A DNA stretch of 61,909 bases, the filler included. It is 9 parts of 9 records of this genome, joined end to end, with 100 filler letters (N's around TTAATTAATTAA, not from the genome) between each part and the next. Parts side by side here need not be neighbours in the genome. Positions count along the whole stretch, not along the records: positions 45,878 to 51,057 come from SRR31147125_47231; positions 51,158 to 56,370 come from SRR31147125_47237; positions 56,471 to 61,909 come from SRR31147125_47238; 6 more parts are not named here. One strand, 5' to 3'. A program made the translations under genes and the position numbers. Shown here piece by piece: positions 49,886-61,524 of this stretch. A model generated the notes under the pieces. That model ran no database searches. It had not been told where the DNA came from and worked only from the letters and a program-made list of their open reading frames with translations. Each line of letters begins with the position of its first letter. Position 1 is the stretch's first letter.

Positions 49886-51057
49886 ATGTGTATTCATAAT
49901 CTAACTTATGCTTTTTATATGCAATTTTTAAAAATGCAGGTGTTAAGAAACTACTTACTATAACAAGCAAAACTATTGGTGTTAGAAATTCATCTGGTAT
50001 CAAGTTTGCAGCAATACCTCTGTCGGCTACAATCAAGGCAACTTCACCCCTTGCCATCATTCCTACACCACAGCGTAACGCTTCCACATTATTGTATTTA
50101 GCCAGCTTTGCTCCAATAGCTCCACCCATTACTTTTGTTAATAGAGCTACAATAATTAAGGTTGAAGCAAACAATAGAACCTGCAAGTCAATATGTGCAA
50201 TTGTTGCTTTTATACCTATGCTTGCAAAAAATATAGGAGCGAAAAGCATATATGATGTCACTTCTACTTTTCTGTTAACATATTCACATAATGTAATGCT
50301 AGATATCATTGCTCCAGCCAAGTATGCCCCTGTAATATCTGCAACTCCAAATAAATGTTCAGCCGCATATGATAGCAGCAAACAAAATACCAAAGAGTAA
50401 ATAGGCACTCTTCGTCTCTCGCCGTATTTATTTGAGAAAAACTTGAATAATAAATAGAAACCAAATCCACAAGCTCCTGCAAACAAAAAGAATCCTACAA
50501 TTTTAATAAGAACTACAAATATACTTACAGATGAATCTGTAATACTCATTAAAATTGTAAGTGCAATAATTCCTAAAATATCGTCAAGTATAGCTGCGCC
50601 TAAAATAGTTGTTCCTGATTTCGTATTTAATCTGCCCGTTTCCCTTAATGTCTCAACCGTTATAGTTACTGATGTTGCCATCAAAATAACACCAATAAAG
50701 ATATATTCAAAAAGTTCTTTTTGCCCAATTCCTATAAACCCGTGGCTAAAGAATCCTGTAACTAATATTCCTCCAATAAGAGGTAACACCATTCCCAAAA
50801 TTGCAATTAGAACAGATGCTTTCCCAGTTTGTTTTATCTTTTTAACGTCTGTTTCCATACCTGCCATAAACATAATAAATATTACACCTAATTCAGCCAT
50901 TTTATCTATAAATTCTGTTTCATGTACTATGTTTAATAAATTTGGTCCTATAACAAATCCTGCTAATAGCGCACCTACTACAGATGGTAACTGAAATCTC
51001 CTAGTTACTGTTCCGAACAGCTTTGTACACACTAATATTATGGCTAGATCCAAAAAA
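49884..51057 (-). CDS. Cation:proton antiporter (CPA2/NapA type), start cut by the contig end
   Basis: LPSVVGALLAGFVIGP, ATSVTIT, LGAAILDDILG, GMMARGEVALI. Confidence 0.92.
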
Positions 51058-51157
51058 NNNNNNNNNNNNNNNNNNNNNNNNNNNNNNNNNNNNNNNNNNN
51101 NTTAATTAATTAANNNNNNNNNNNNNNNNNNNNNNNNNNNNNNNNNNNNNNNNNNNN
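51058..51157. other. Artificial contig spacer 7
   Basis: N44-TTAATTAATTAA-N44. Confidence 0.99.
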
Positions 51158-54100
51158 TTTTTTATCAGCAATACAGGCGGCGGAACCCTAACTTGGACCC
51201 TGGAAGAAGTGGTGCGCGCTGATAGCGACGCGCCCTGGATTGCACAAGAAATTGACTGGTTAGCGGCAGACCAGTACGCTGGCAGTACTGAAAGCTCCCC
51301 ACCTTTATTGCTCTTAGCGCTGATCGCAATGGGCAAGGTGTCGGCGTCTTCACGAATACGGGGCTACGCATTAGTTCCAATGGCGGCGAAATGGTTATTC
51401 CCGTCTCCATGGAAAAAGAAGCGACGCTGACCGTTTCCCCTTCTTCTCTGGCCTTAGTTTCCACCGCGACTTCAGCACAATTCAGCATCAGCAATCTGGG
51501 CTTAGAGGATATAAGCTGGTCCATTGATTTTTTAGATGATCCGGATGATATCGATAGCGCACGTCCGCTCCCTGACGACTTTTTTGTCAATCCGAATCAA
51601 GGCACAACGCCAGCCTTAGGATCAACCCTTGTGTCGGTCTCTTGGGCGAGCGGTCGCGATGATTTTTACCTCCGTGTTAACTCCTCAGATGGTTCTCTTG
51701 TCGTTGCCTTCCTCTATAGTTCTACACCCCAGGGTCTGACGGTAAGCCCCTCTGTTCTGACGCTTTTTGTGGATAATACAGAGGTTGGAGAAGGGGAAAC
51801 AGCAATTGAACAAGTCAGTTCCACCTTGACCATCACCAACACCAGCTCTGCAGCGCACTCCTGGCAATTGACCCTGATTTCCTCCCTCAGCTCCACCCTC
51901 ACCGCTCCCATCAGCCTTAACCCCGACAACAACACAACGCTCGTTGGTGAAAAGCAGACGGTAGCCGTGACCGCTACGGATGTGGAGAATATTGTAGCTG
52001 GTAGTGGCGTCTACTCAATCCGGCTACAATCGGGCGACGATTTTATTATTATCCCCATTACCGTGGAAATTATGCCGCTGCCTGAAATTGCAATTTCAGA
52101 GCCGCCAGACCCCAACACAACACGCCCCGAGGTTGTCTCGATGGATGTGCTTGATTTTGGACGCGAAGAAGTACAACTAACCTTCTGGATTGCGAATATT
52201 GGTTCGCAAGGATCTAATCTCTATTTCAGCATAAGCTATGATGATCAGAAAGTGACCAATCCTGTAATCGCAGGACTTTCTCCCTTGATGGGCGACACAA
52301 CAGGTGGGGACTCAGACTTTTACATCCCCAACGAAAACATTATGATTGATGGGGTGCCTATCACCGTGACGGTAAACCGCGACAACATGGAAGAAGATGT
52401 TGAATTTCGCACGGTGACGGTCGTGGCCATGGATCAGGACTATGAAACGGTTTACGAGCCGGTCGAAGCAGCCACAATACAGGTGCGCGTAGAACGTCCT
52501 CCCATGAAAGTGGAAGGGGCCGTTAACAGGAGCCGCCCCCTTCGTGATGCGATTTGTTTTCTTGCTTCGCGACACCTTGGGGCAGGTTATTCCCACGCGT
52601 AGCGAGGAAGAGCTTTCCAAACTAAGTTTTACCATTTCAGAAAATGAGGAAGAGCTTGATCTTAATGAAACGAGTATCTACCTGGACGGCCCTGAAAGCC
52701 TCAAGGTGAATTTGGTTCTCATGCTTGATTACACCGGCAGTCTGTACAGGGCAGGTACTGATAATGCCGCCAACCCCTTGCTTCCTGGAGAGGCAATTGA
52801 TCAGGTGAGTGAAGCAGCCAAGGAATTTCTGGATGATTTGCCGGAAAGTTATCGGGTTGCTTTGATGTACCATAATGATCGGCAACAAAGCAGTCATCTC
52901 ATCCATACCTTCACGACGGATCGTAGCGCGCTCAAAAACGCATTGGATAGTTTCTCACTGCCAGACTACGCCCACGGGGTAAGTAATATTCGTGACGCGC
53001 TGATGGAAGGCATCGAACGTTTAGTAGCGGAAGATCCTGCGGAAACCCTTCCTTTCGATGATGCTGATCTGCGTGCGCTCCTCTTTATCTCTGATGGTAG
53101 GGATAATTCATCCCTCGCCACGCTCAATGAGGTTATCGACTCGGCGCATGATCAACGTGTACGACTCTATCCGCTAACCTATGGCGCGGGAAGCGAAACG
53201 GATAGCGCTGATATGTTGGTTATGGCCGAAGACACCGGGGGACATCTCTATAGTGCCGGAGAGGCTTCAAACTTGACCACCTTACTGGCCAGCGACACCT
53301 CCTTGCGTCTAGATGAATCCGTGATAACTACGGAGAATCAATGTTTCTTTAAAGTGACTAATACCAGCGCAGCTTCTTTGAACTGGTCCGCCACACTTCC
53401 TAGTGCCCAAGAAGCGCCTTGGTTAGATTCTGTCTCTCCCATGAATGGCAGCCTGGATGGCGGTAACTCAACGACTCTAACCATTACCGTCGATCCCACC
53501 ATCATTGGCGCAAATAACGCCGTTGAATGCACACTTGCAATTTCTTCAGATGATGGAGAAGGAACGGTGCAAGTGCGCGCTGATGTTGGCGCGGATGAGT
53601 CGGTTGTCGAAGAGTTCACCCTCTCCCTGCGCGATGAACCTGGGATTATCTGGGGCGAATTACGCAATCAGGTAGTGCTGACCTATCTCACGCCTAAACA
53701 GGATGGTGGCTTTACCTACGCTATTCGCGCAGAATACTTACAGCCGGATGAAACCACTATCACAGGTTTTTTTGAAGAAGATGCTCTCTTTTATACAGGC
53801 GATGTTCGTATCGGGCAATTAGCTATGTCTACATCGGGACTTTATGAGGATCTTGATGCTGCAGAGCCAATTGACCGGTATAAAGCGGAGGTTTATCTAC
53901 GTACGGATTATGTGCCGCGTGGTGTTACTCGCTTCCGAACACGCTTCTTTGTCCACGTTCCGGAAGATATTCCAGAGGAAGCCGTGAGCGCCTTGGAAGA
54001 AGAACTTGAGATGGAGATTGAAATTGCCTCTGAAGGATTACTGGTTTCCGATGATCCCTTTGATCCCACATGGCGCTTGCTTGAGAGTGAGGATCATGTT

Positions 54101-54826
54101 TATGATGTCTTGACTTCTCAAGACAACCCCCTGCCCTACGGCTCCTTCGGCAATCTTCTCAAGATAACTCTAAGTGGTTTGGCCGATTTCGTTGGAGCAT
54201 TCGAAGACCTTGCGCGCCAACCTGAGTTCTTCTTGGAAATGCGCGTGGATAACAATATCTATTACTCCCCCTCGACCAGCACGCTTCCATCCACTACTGT
54301 CTTTTTCGTCTATCCGAGCTGCTCAACCTATCCAGAGCGCGCACTTTCTATTTCACCCGTCTCTGACTTGGCTGCGCCCGCCCGTTCTGTTTTGGATTTG
54401 ATGGTTCCGGGTATTGATCCCGAATCTGACTTGGCCGTGGATCGGGACGAGGATGAATTGCCCGATTTCAATGACCCCCATCCAGACGATGCTGATCTGC
54501 CTGGCTACCTTGTGATTCCGAATCCCTATGAAATTGAAAGCACGACAGAGACCGCCCTGTTGACCGTCAGTAACAATCGTCTGGATACCTTTACCTGGTG
54601 GCTGGATGAGGACTCCATCCCCGATTGGGTTAGCAATATCTCTTACGGATCGGATTTATCCCCTACGCCCAAGGATACGCTGGCCCCAGGTGAGCTTGAG
54701 TATATCAGCTTAACAGTGGACCGTGGCAATCTCAGCCCCGGATTTGAAACGGAAACGTTAATTCTTGATACGGATTTCTTCGATGCTGAAGAGATTCCGC
54801 TTACCATCATTACTGTTGAGGAATAG
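51158..54826 (+). CDS. Large extracellular protein with BACON/Ig-like repeats and a VWA domain, 5' truncated; indels at the C runs 51297-51300 and 52536-52540
   Basis: ISNTGGGTLTW, ISNLGLEDISW, ITNTSSAAHSW units; MIDAS-like LMLDYTGS...FISDGRDN; Asp-rich DRDEDELPDFNDPHPDD. Confidence 0.7.
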
Positions 54827-54962
54827 CTTGGACAAAGTTTGCCTCGTTAAACCTTGTTCTTAAGAGTTGAGTTTATAAAAAGTAGTAATCCAATGCCTGG
54901 GTGTGTCTCTACATGCTCTTTGGTGTTACTGATTTGGTCATCACATGGAAAAGGAGTAGGTT

Positions 54963-56370
54963 ATGGCGCGCACAGTACGTGGCCTGACTTTGTTAACCGT
55001 ATTGCTGGGAACGCTTTTGTTTGCAGGCTGTCCCGCAGAACCCGTTTTATGGGTAGGCCCCACAGCCATCGCGTTCAATGCTTCCATGGACAAGGCAAAC
55101 TTCCGTATTATCAATACGGGCGCAGGAAGTCTGGATTGGGAATTGATCGAGAATGAAGCGTGGATGTCCTTAGCCCTTTCTTCTGCTCCATCAAAACAAG
55201 AGGGGAGCTTAACGGGATCCACCACCACCGAAACGACTGTGATTGAGATTCTTCTTGATCGTAGTCAGCTGCCTACTGGTACGGTTCAAGGGGAGATCCA
55301 GCTCTTGACTAATGCTGGAAACCAAAGCATTGCCGTCAGCGTGAATCAGACCTCCCCAGCCAAACTGCTTCTTTCTCAAAACGGGATATATTTTGACCCT
55401 GCCTCCAAAACAGCCATGATTCTGGTTTTCAATGATGGTCTTGAAGCCTTGAATTATGAGGCAAGTATTAACCCGGACACCCCGTGGCTTTCAGCCTCCC
55501 CTCTTCTGGGCGTTGTTGCAAATCAGGATGATTATGATGAAGTGAATATCAATGTTGATCGGACCAATCTTGTTCCGGGAAACTATGAAAGCTGGATCGA
55601 CTTCACCAGTAACGGTGGTGATCAGAGGCTGGAAGTGATCCTTGTTGTCCCCCCTTCTCCGTATCTCCTGACAGCATCGATTTTGGAGATATTATAGCCC
55701 CCTCAGAACAGTATCTCAGTATTACTAGTGGGGATACTGAAGATATGAACATTTTCTTGAGCGCCTCCACCGATGATGGATCCCCCTGGTTGACGCTGAG
55801 CGTTACGGAAGCAGTCTTAGGGGAGACGCCTCTTCGGCCTTTGCTCACGGCCAATCCCACGGGACTCACCCATGGCGCTTACACTGGAGATGTGACGATC
55901 AGCACAGAAAACGGCGCCTATGAATATGTAATTCCTGTCACGATGCAAGTTCAGAGTTTTGTAATCGATAAGAATCAAATAGATTTTGGGACCATTACTT
56001 CATCACTCTCAGATAGCCTCACCTTATCAAGTCTAACCGGAGATCCCATTGAATGGAGCGCTTCTGTCCCTGTTGCAGATGCCTTATGGTTAACGGTGGA
56101 ACCTCTAAGTGGAAGCGTGACTAACACAGAACTAGTGACGGTTAGTGCAGATCCGAACATGGTGGATCCGGGCTCTTACGCTTCAACAATTTCTTTTACA
56201 TACGAAGGGGGCGTTGAAACAGTGGCGGTGACGATGGCGCGCCCCAAGCCCGCCACGCTTACCGTGCAACCCCCTGCCATTGATTTTGGTATCAGTCGGG
56301 TGGAAGAATTACTGGCTATCTGGAATTCAGGCATCGGAACCATCGATTGGAGAATCAATACCAATGATCC
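54963..56370 (+). CDS. Lipoprotein with BACON-like repeats, 3' truncated; 1-nt deletion in the C6 run at 55649-55654
   Basis: RBS AAGGAG, lipobox LFAGC, repeats IINTGAGSLDW...AWMSL, TPWLSASP, SPWLTLS, IWNSGIGTIDW. Confidence 0.75.
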
Positions 56371-56470
56371 NNNNNNNNNNNNNNNNNNNNNNNNNNNNNN
56401 NNNNNNNNNNNNNNTTAATTAATTAANNNNNNNNNNNNNNNNNNNNNNNNNNNNNNNNNNNNNNNNNNNN
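56371..56470. other. Artificial contig spacer 8
   Basis: N44-TTAATTAATTAA-N44. Confidence 0.99.
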
Positions 56471-57228
56471 TTGTACTGTGGTAATTTTACGCCTTTTCCA
56501 AAAAATATTGATTGATTAGGGCAAAAATTAATACATCTAAAGCAAACAGTACATTTGTTTTTGTTTACAAAATCATAATGTCCTTTATTTTCTATAACAT
56601 TATTTGGACAAATCTTTTCGCACAGTCCACACTCACAACACGTATCGATGTTTATTTTAAACTTTTGGGTAAGGTTTGCTCGTACCCTTTTACTATAGGA
56701 TACTCTTTGCATAAGACCTAGCATATTATGATAGAAAGATTTATCACTTAGCTTCATTTTATCCTGCTTAACGTAATCAGCAATTTTATCAATCTTTACT
56801 CTAGCTTTAGATAAGTGTCTCTTTTCATGCACATTATAATCACTGCTTTGAGCAAAAGGAGAACCTTTTGCACACAAGTTATTTGGCATATTAATTTGAA
56901 AAGCCCATTTATAATCATAACCTTTTTGCGTCAACTTTTCATACGCAATGCTTGCACCATCTCCCGAAAATAAAAGTTGTGTGCATATGACCCCTAGCTT
57001 TTTGCCAGAGCCATTTGGCATACTGTCAATAAACCTTTTCATATTCTCTGGCATATCAGATCCATAAATCGGGTGTGCTAAAAACACAATATCATTATCG
57101 TTAATAAGCTTCATCGCTTCATCGTTATCCAAGTTTGCAATATCAACTGCATCACAATCCAATTTTTTCGAAATCTCAAGGCTTACATATTTAGTGTTAC
57201 CTGTTCCAGAAAAATAAAATACTATCAT
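56471..57228 (-). CDS. EFR1-family flavodoxin-ferredoxin fusion, 3' end at the contig edge
   Basis: FYFSGTGNT, MPNN, CCECGLCEKICP and CTVCFRCINFCP. Confidence 0.9.
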
Positions 57229-57241
57229 AGTATTACCCCAT

Positions 57242-57272
57242 AAAAAAAAGCAGATCAATATTTAATCTGCTT
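57242..57272 (-). terminator. Intrinsic terminator after ilvE
   Basis: Minus strand AAGCAGATTAA-ATA-TTGATCTGCTT followed by a T run. Confidence 0.65.
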
Positions 57273-57282
57273 GTAAAATTTT

Positions 57283-58338
57283 TTATACTTGAACTGACCA
57301 ACCGTATGTATCTTTTTCGGTTCCATATTGTATGCCAGTTAAATCATTAAACAGCTCTTCAGTTAACTTTCCAAGCTCGTTATTATTTACTGTAATCGTT
57401 TTATCTTCCCAAACAAGCTCTCCAACCGATGATATAACAGCAGCAGTTCCTGTTCCAAAGATTTCCTCCAACGATCCATCCAAGCTAGCTTTATAGACAT
57501 CTTCAATAGCAATTTGTTCTTCTTTAACTTCGTACCCTTTATCTTTTAACATTGTAATAATAGAATCTCTTGTTATCCCAGGAAGAACACTACCCTTTAG
57601 CGGAGGCGTATATATTACTCCATTTATCTTAAAGAAAATATTCATAGAACCAACTTCCTCTACATACTTTCTTTCAATAGCATCCAGCCACATAACTTGT
57701 GCACAACCTTTAGCAGTAGCGTTGCTTCCAGCTAGTATACTTGCTGCATAGTTTCCACCAGCTTTAACATGGCCTACCCCACCTCTAACAGCTCTTACAT
57801 ATTCATCTTCTACATATATTTTTATTGGGTTGAATCCAGCTGCATAATACGCACCAACCGGACACATTATGATGTATAAATAATATGTATCAGAAGGCTT
57901 TACCCCAAGCATAGGCTCTGTTGCAATTATTGTTGGTCTAATATAAAGCGAAGTACCAACGGTTTTTGGAATCCAATCTTTTTCTATTTTAATAAGTTCG
58001 TACAAACAGTCTAAAACATACTTTTCATCAAACTCAGGAATACACATTCTTCTTGCAGATCTGTTCATCCTAGTCATGTTTTCCCAAGGTCTAAAAAGTC
58101 TACCTCCATTATAAGCTTTCATACCCTCAAAAATAGTTTGAGCATAATGAAGAACCAATGCTCCTGGCGAAAGAACAAAGTCCTCTAATGGCTTAATCTG
58201 AGCATTATGCCAACCTTTTTCTTTTGAGTATTCCATAATAAACATATGGTCGGTAAACATCTTACCAAATTTTAAATTGTTTTCATCTGTCGGCTTTTGC
58301 TTTAACTCTTTTGCTAAAGTTACTTTTAAATTATCCAT
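57283..58338 (-). CDS. ilvE: Branched-chain amino acid aminotransferase
   Basis: FGKMFTDHMF, LHYAQTIFEGMKA, LYIRP, KAGGNYA, EEVGSMN, LPGITR, GTAAVI. Confidence 0.97.
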   Translation of the reverse strand: MDNLKVTLAKELKQKPTDENNLKFGKMFTDHMFIMEYSKEKGWHNAQIKPLEDFVLSPGALVLHYAQTIFEGMKAYNGGRLFRPWENMTRMNRSARRMCIPEFDEKYVLDCLYELIKIEKDWIPKTVGTSLYIRPTIIATEPMLGVKPSDTYYLYIIMCPVGAYYAAGFNPIKIYVEDEYVRAVRGGVGHVKAGGNYAASILAGSNATAKGCAQVMWLDAIERKYVEEVGSMNIFFKINGVIYTPPLKGSVLPGITRDSIITMLKDKGYEVKEEQIAIEDVYKASLDGSLEEIFGTGTAAVISSVGELVWEDKTITVNNNELGKLTEELFNDLTGIQYGTEKDTYGWSVQV

Positions 58339-58374
58339 TGCGCTTTATCCTTATCCTTTATATTTACTTTATCA

Positions 58375-58403
58375 ATTATATTTTAAACGGAGTTAGCAGT
58401 CAA
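58375..58403 (-). promoter_or_regulatory. SigmaA promoter of ilvE
   Basis: Minus strand TTGACT-17 bp-TATAAT. Confidence 0.75.
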
Positions 58404-58463
58404 GATATATGTCTTACACCGTATAGCAAAAATATACTTTAGTTTTTACTGTAGTCTCTATTA

Positions 58464-59849
58464 TTAATTTATCGTTACAATACTTTTGTTTCCATTTATG
58501 CCATCTACCAAAGTAACGATAATCTCATCTTGCTCTTTATTAACTTCAACTATATATCCATCTAGTTTTTTAACAAGTCTCACTGCGTTTCTTCCATCAA
58601 AGTATATCTTATATAGGTCTCCATCACTTTTTTGCGTGTACAAAAAGCTAAAATCATCCTCCATGTCATGCCAAGACAAAACATCACCAACAACAGTTTT
58701 TTTACTACTGTAGTCTATTTTGTCTTCACCATCAACATGATATCTAACAACAGTATCCCCCTCAAGCCTATATACGTAAGATACATCATTTACAATATAA
58801 AATTCAAAGTCGTAAATTTCATAATTATAGTTATTAGCATTCGATGTATTCTGCGTATCTTCAAGCCTTGCTGACTCAAAATTTGACATATATGCATCGT
58901 TTTTTAAAAAGAACTTATGATTCGCAACTCCCTTTCTATCAGGAATAGGATCATCATAACTAAGATCGCAATGATACCAATTGCCATCTATCTCTATCAT
59001 GGACCATCCATGATTTAGCGAATCAGATTTAACATATCTGCTTTCTATACCTTGCGTTTCTAAAAGCATATTAAATGCATAAGCATACCCTTGACAAACT
59101 GCCTTGCTTTCTACAAACGCTCCATAAGATTCAAAGGCGGTTGCAAGCTCCTCTGGAATATCTTCGCAATTAACATAATCGGCCGCCTTTTCACTATACT
59201 CTGTATTTATAATAAGATAGTCATATGCAGCCTTTGCTTTTTGTATATCATCCATATCAGATGAAAATATCTCGTTAGATATTTTATTACACACTTTTTT
59301 TGATTCTTCATAGTTCAAAACAGCTTCATCATCATACAAAAGTTTAATATCAGATACCGTATTCCCGCTTTGCAGCCACTCAAAACCATCAAATAGCATC
59401 ATATATTCTGTTTGAACAATTATATTAAATATATCATCCGTGTACTTTTTTATCATATCAACGCTTAATCCACTGACTTCAATTTCACGCTTCCCACCCA
59501 AAATTGAAGCAAAAAGTATTTTCATATAATCGTCATATAGCTTAGCATCATCAATACAATAATAGTTTTGTTGTGAGTTTTCACTTAAATATTTAGAAAC
59601 TTCATACTCTAATCCATCAACAACAATAGTACCTTCTACCAATGTTTCATCGGTAGGTTCTTCGTCATTTATTTCATCTTCGTCATTAACTATGATAGGT
59701 GTGTTTTCTTCAACTACAACATTATAGTCTCTTTCGGTAGATAAATCTCTTACATCGCCAAACATGTTGACTATAAAGCTATTAAAATCTGACCAAATAA
59801 AAACAAGAACCATCAAGATGACTAAAATAATGAAAATCTTTTTAAACAT
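58464..59849 (-). CDS. Membrane-anchored/secreted transglutaminase-like domain protein
   Basis: N-terminal TM; Cys-His-Asp triad VCQGYA...NHGWS...WYHCDLSYDDP. Confidence 0.85.
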   Translation of the reverse strand: MFKKIFIILVILMVLVFIWSDFNSFIVNMFGDVRDLSTERDYNVVVEENTPIIVNDEDEINDEEPTDETLVEGTIVVDGLEYEVSKYLSENSQQNYYCIDDAKLYDDYMKILFASILGGKREIEVSGLSVDMIKKYTDDIFNIIVQTEYMMLFDGFEWLQSGNTVSDIKLLYDDEAVLNYEESKKVCNKISNEIFSSDMDDIQKAKAAYDYLIINTEYSEKAADYVNCEDIPEELATAFESYGAFVESKAVCQGYAYAFNMLLETQGIESRYVKSDSLNHGWSMIEIDGNWYHCDLSYDDPIPDRKGVANHKFFLKNDAYMSNFESARLEDTQNTSNANNYNYEIYDFEFYIVNDVSYVYRLEGDTVVRYHVDGEDKIDYSSKKTVVGDVLSWHDMEDDFSFLYTQKSDGDLYKIYFDGRNAVRLVKKLDGYIVEVNKEQDEIIVTLVDGINGNKSIVTIN

Positions 59850-59896
59850 AAATATCCTTATAAACTCTAGTATCTATCAAAAATAGACTAAAAAAC

Positions 59897-60538
59897 TTAT
59901 TCAGTCCAACCATCCTGCTTATCTTTTCTTGTGATATATTCTTTTAAGCATACTGGTTTGTATATTACTTCTTTGTCATCTTCAATAGCAACTTGAGACC
60001 CAGAAAACACTTCTCGCCCATCAACTGTTCTTAATTGAAAAGTTGCAATCCTTGGTTTATTAGAATACATGCATATAGCTCTTGTAGTAACTTCTTCAAT
60101 ATCTTGAGCTAAAGCAAAAAGTGCAGCAGAACCCGCAAATGGTTTGCCAAAAGCATCTACTTTAAGACCAAAACAAATAACTGGGATATCAAGATAAGCA
60201 ACAACTCTGGTTAAATCCCAAACGTTATCTTCGCTTAAAAACTGTGCTTCATCAATAAGCAAAATGCTTATCTCACTCCCTCTTTGTTCGGCTTCTATTT
60301 TCCTGCGTTTAATTTCACGAAACAGCCATTTATCATCTGCTTCTATCAAAAAGTCAGATTTTCTTTTTATTATGCCATCTTCAAGTCGGCTTATTATATA
60401 ATCCTCTTTTTTCGTGTCCACCTTTGGTTTAGCACACAATATTTCTTTATTGTTCCGATCATAATCATGTGCAATTTGAAGCAGTTGTGTTGATTTTCCT
60501 GCATTCATTACTGCGTATCTATAGTACAATTTTGCCAT
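59897..60538 (-). CDS. tdk: Thymidine kinase
   Basis: MAKLYYRYAVMNAGKSTQLLQ, ISRL, LIDEAQFL, PVICFGLKVD. Confidence 0.93.
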   Translation of the reverse strand: MAKLYYRYAVMNAGKSTQLLQIAHDYDRNNKEILCAKPKVDTKKEDYIISRLEDGIIKRKSDFLIEADDKWLFREIKRRKIEAEQRGSEISILLIDEAQFLSEDNVWDLTRVVAYLDIPVICFGLKVDAFGKPFAGSAALFALAQDIEEVTTRAICMYSNKPRIATFQLRTVDGREVFSGSQVAIEDDKEVIYKPVCLKEYITRKDKQDGWTE

Positions 60539-60570
60539 TACTTAAGCCGCCTTTTTGAAAATATTATTTG

Positions 60571-61524
60571 TTATCTTTTACCTACATCATATGGCGTACC
60601 TGCCGCTTTTGGCGCTTGAGATTTTTTGGATGTCAATGCCAATACTACTAATGTCGTGATGTATGGTATCATCTTATATATACCGCTCGAAATATTAAGC
60701 TGTAGCAAGAATGGTATACCAGAGTATGCAGCTGAAACGGTTTTTAAAAAACCAAAGAAGAATGCCGCAAATAAGATTCTTTTTGGTTTCCATTGTCCAA
60801 ATATTAATACTGCCAAAGCCAAGAAACCATAACCAGAAACAGAAGCGTTAAAAGCTGTTGATACTGGTACAATAAACACCAATCCACCAAGCCCAGCTAA
60901 AGCTCCAGAAATCATAACGCCAGCGTATCTCATCCTATAAACATTAATACCAACGGAATCCGCCGCTTGCGGATGCTCACCGCATGCTCTTAACCTTAGA
61001 CCAAACTTTGTCTTGTATAATACAAACGCTGAAACTGCTAAAATCAAAAATCCAATATACGTAGTGATATATGCGTTTTGAAAGAGCAGATTACCAAGTA
61101 CAGGGATTTTCCCAAGTACAGGTACACTTGCTATTCTGTATGTGTTCATAAAACTTATATCTTTTGTCCCATGTACCATTCTTGCAATAAATATAGCAAA
61201 CGCTGGTGCAAACATGTTAAGTGCTGTACCGCTTATAACTTGGTCCGCTTTCATATTAATAGATGCATATGCATGCAAAAGTGAAAATATCATTCCAGCA
61301 AGGCATGCAACCAAAATACCTATCAGCATCAACCCTTGCCCTTGCATAAAACCTTCTAAAAGAGTAAGTGTAAAAATACTTACAAAAGCACCCATAACCA
61401 TGATACCTTCAAGAGCAATATTTACAACACCACTTCTTTCAGAAAACATTCCACCAAGTGCAACTATCAAAAGCGGAATTGAAAAAAACATCGTTTGCTG
61501 AACTAAAAAATATATACTATTCAT
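60571..61524 (-). CDS. Nucleoside ABC transporter permease
   Basis: FSERSGVVNIALEG, ADQVISG, TKFGLRLRACGEHPQAADSVGI, GFLALAVLIFGQW; RBS GGAGG. Confidence 0.93.
   Translation of the reverse strand: MNSIYFLVQQTMFFSIPLLIVALGGMFSERSGVVNIALEGIMVMGAFVSIFTLTLLEGFMQGQGLMLIGILVACLAGMIFSLLHAYASINMKADQVISGTALNMFAPAFAIFIARMVHGTKDISFMNTYRIASVPVLGKIPVLGNLLFQNAYITTYIGFLILAVSAFVLYKTKFGLRLRACGEHPQAADSVGINVYRMRYAGVMISGALAGLGGLVFIVPVSTAFNASVSGYGFLALAVLIFGQWKPKRILFAAFFFGFLKTVSAAYSGIPFLLQLNISSGIYKMIPYITTLVVLALTSKKSQAPKAAGTPYDVGKR

Noticed and set aside
8343..56470. Recurring TTAATTAATTAA flanked by N as a biological repeat or CRISPR-like array
   Set aside because: Identical 100-bp spacer with six-frame stops at contig joins; artificial.
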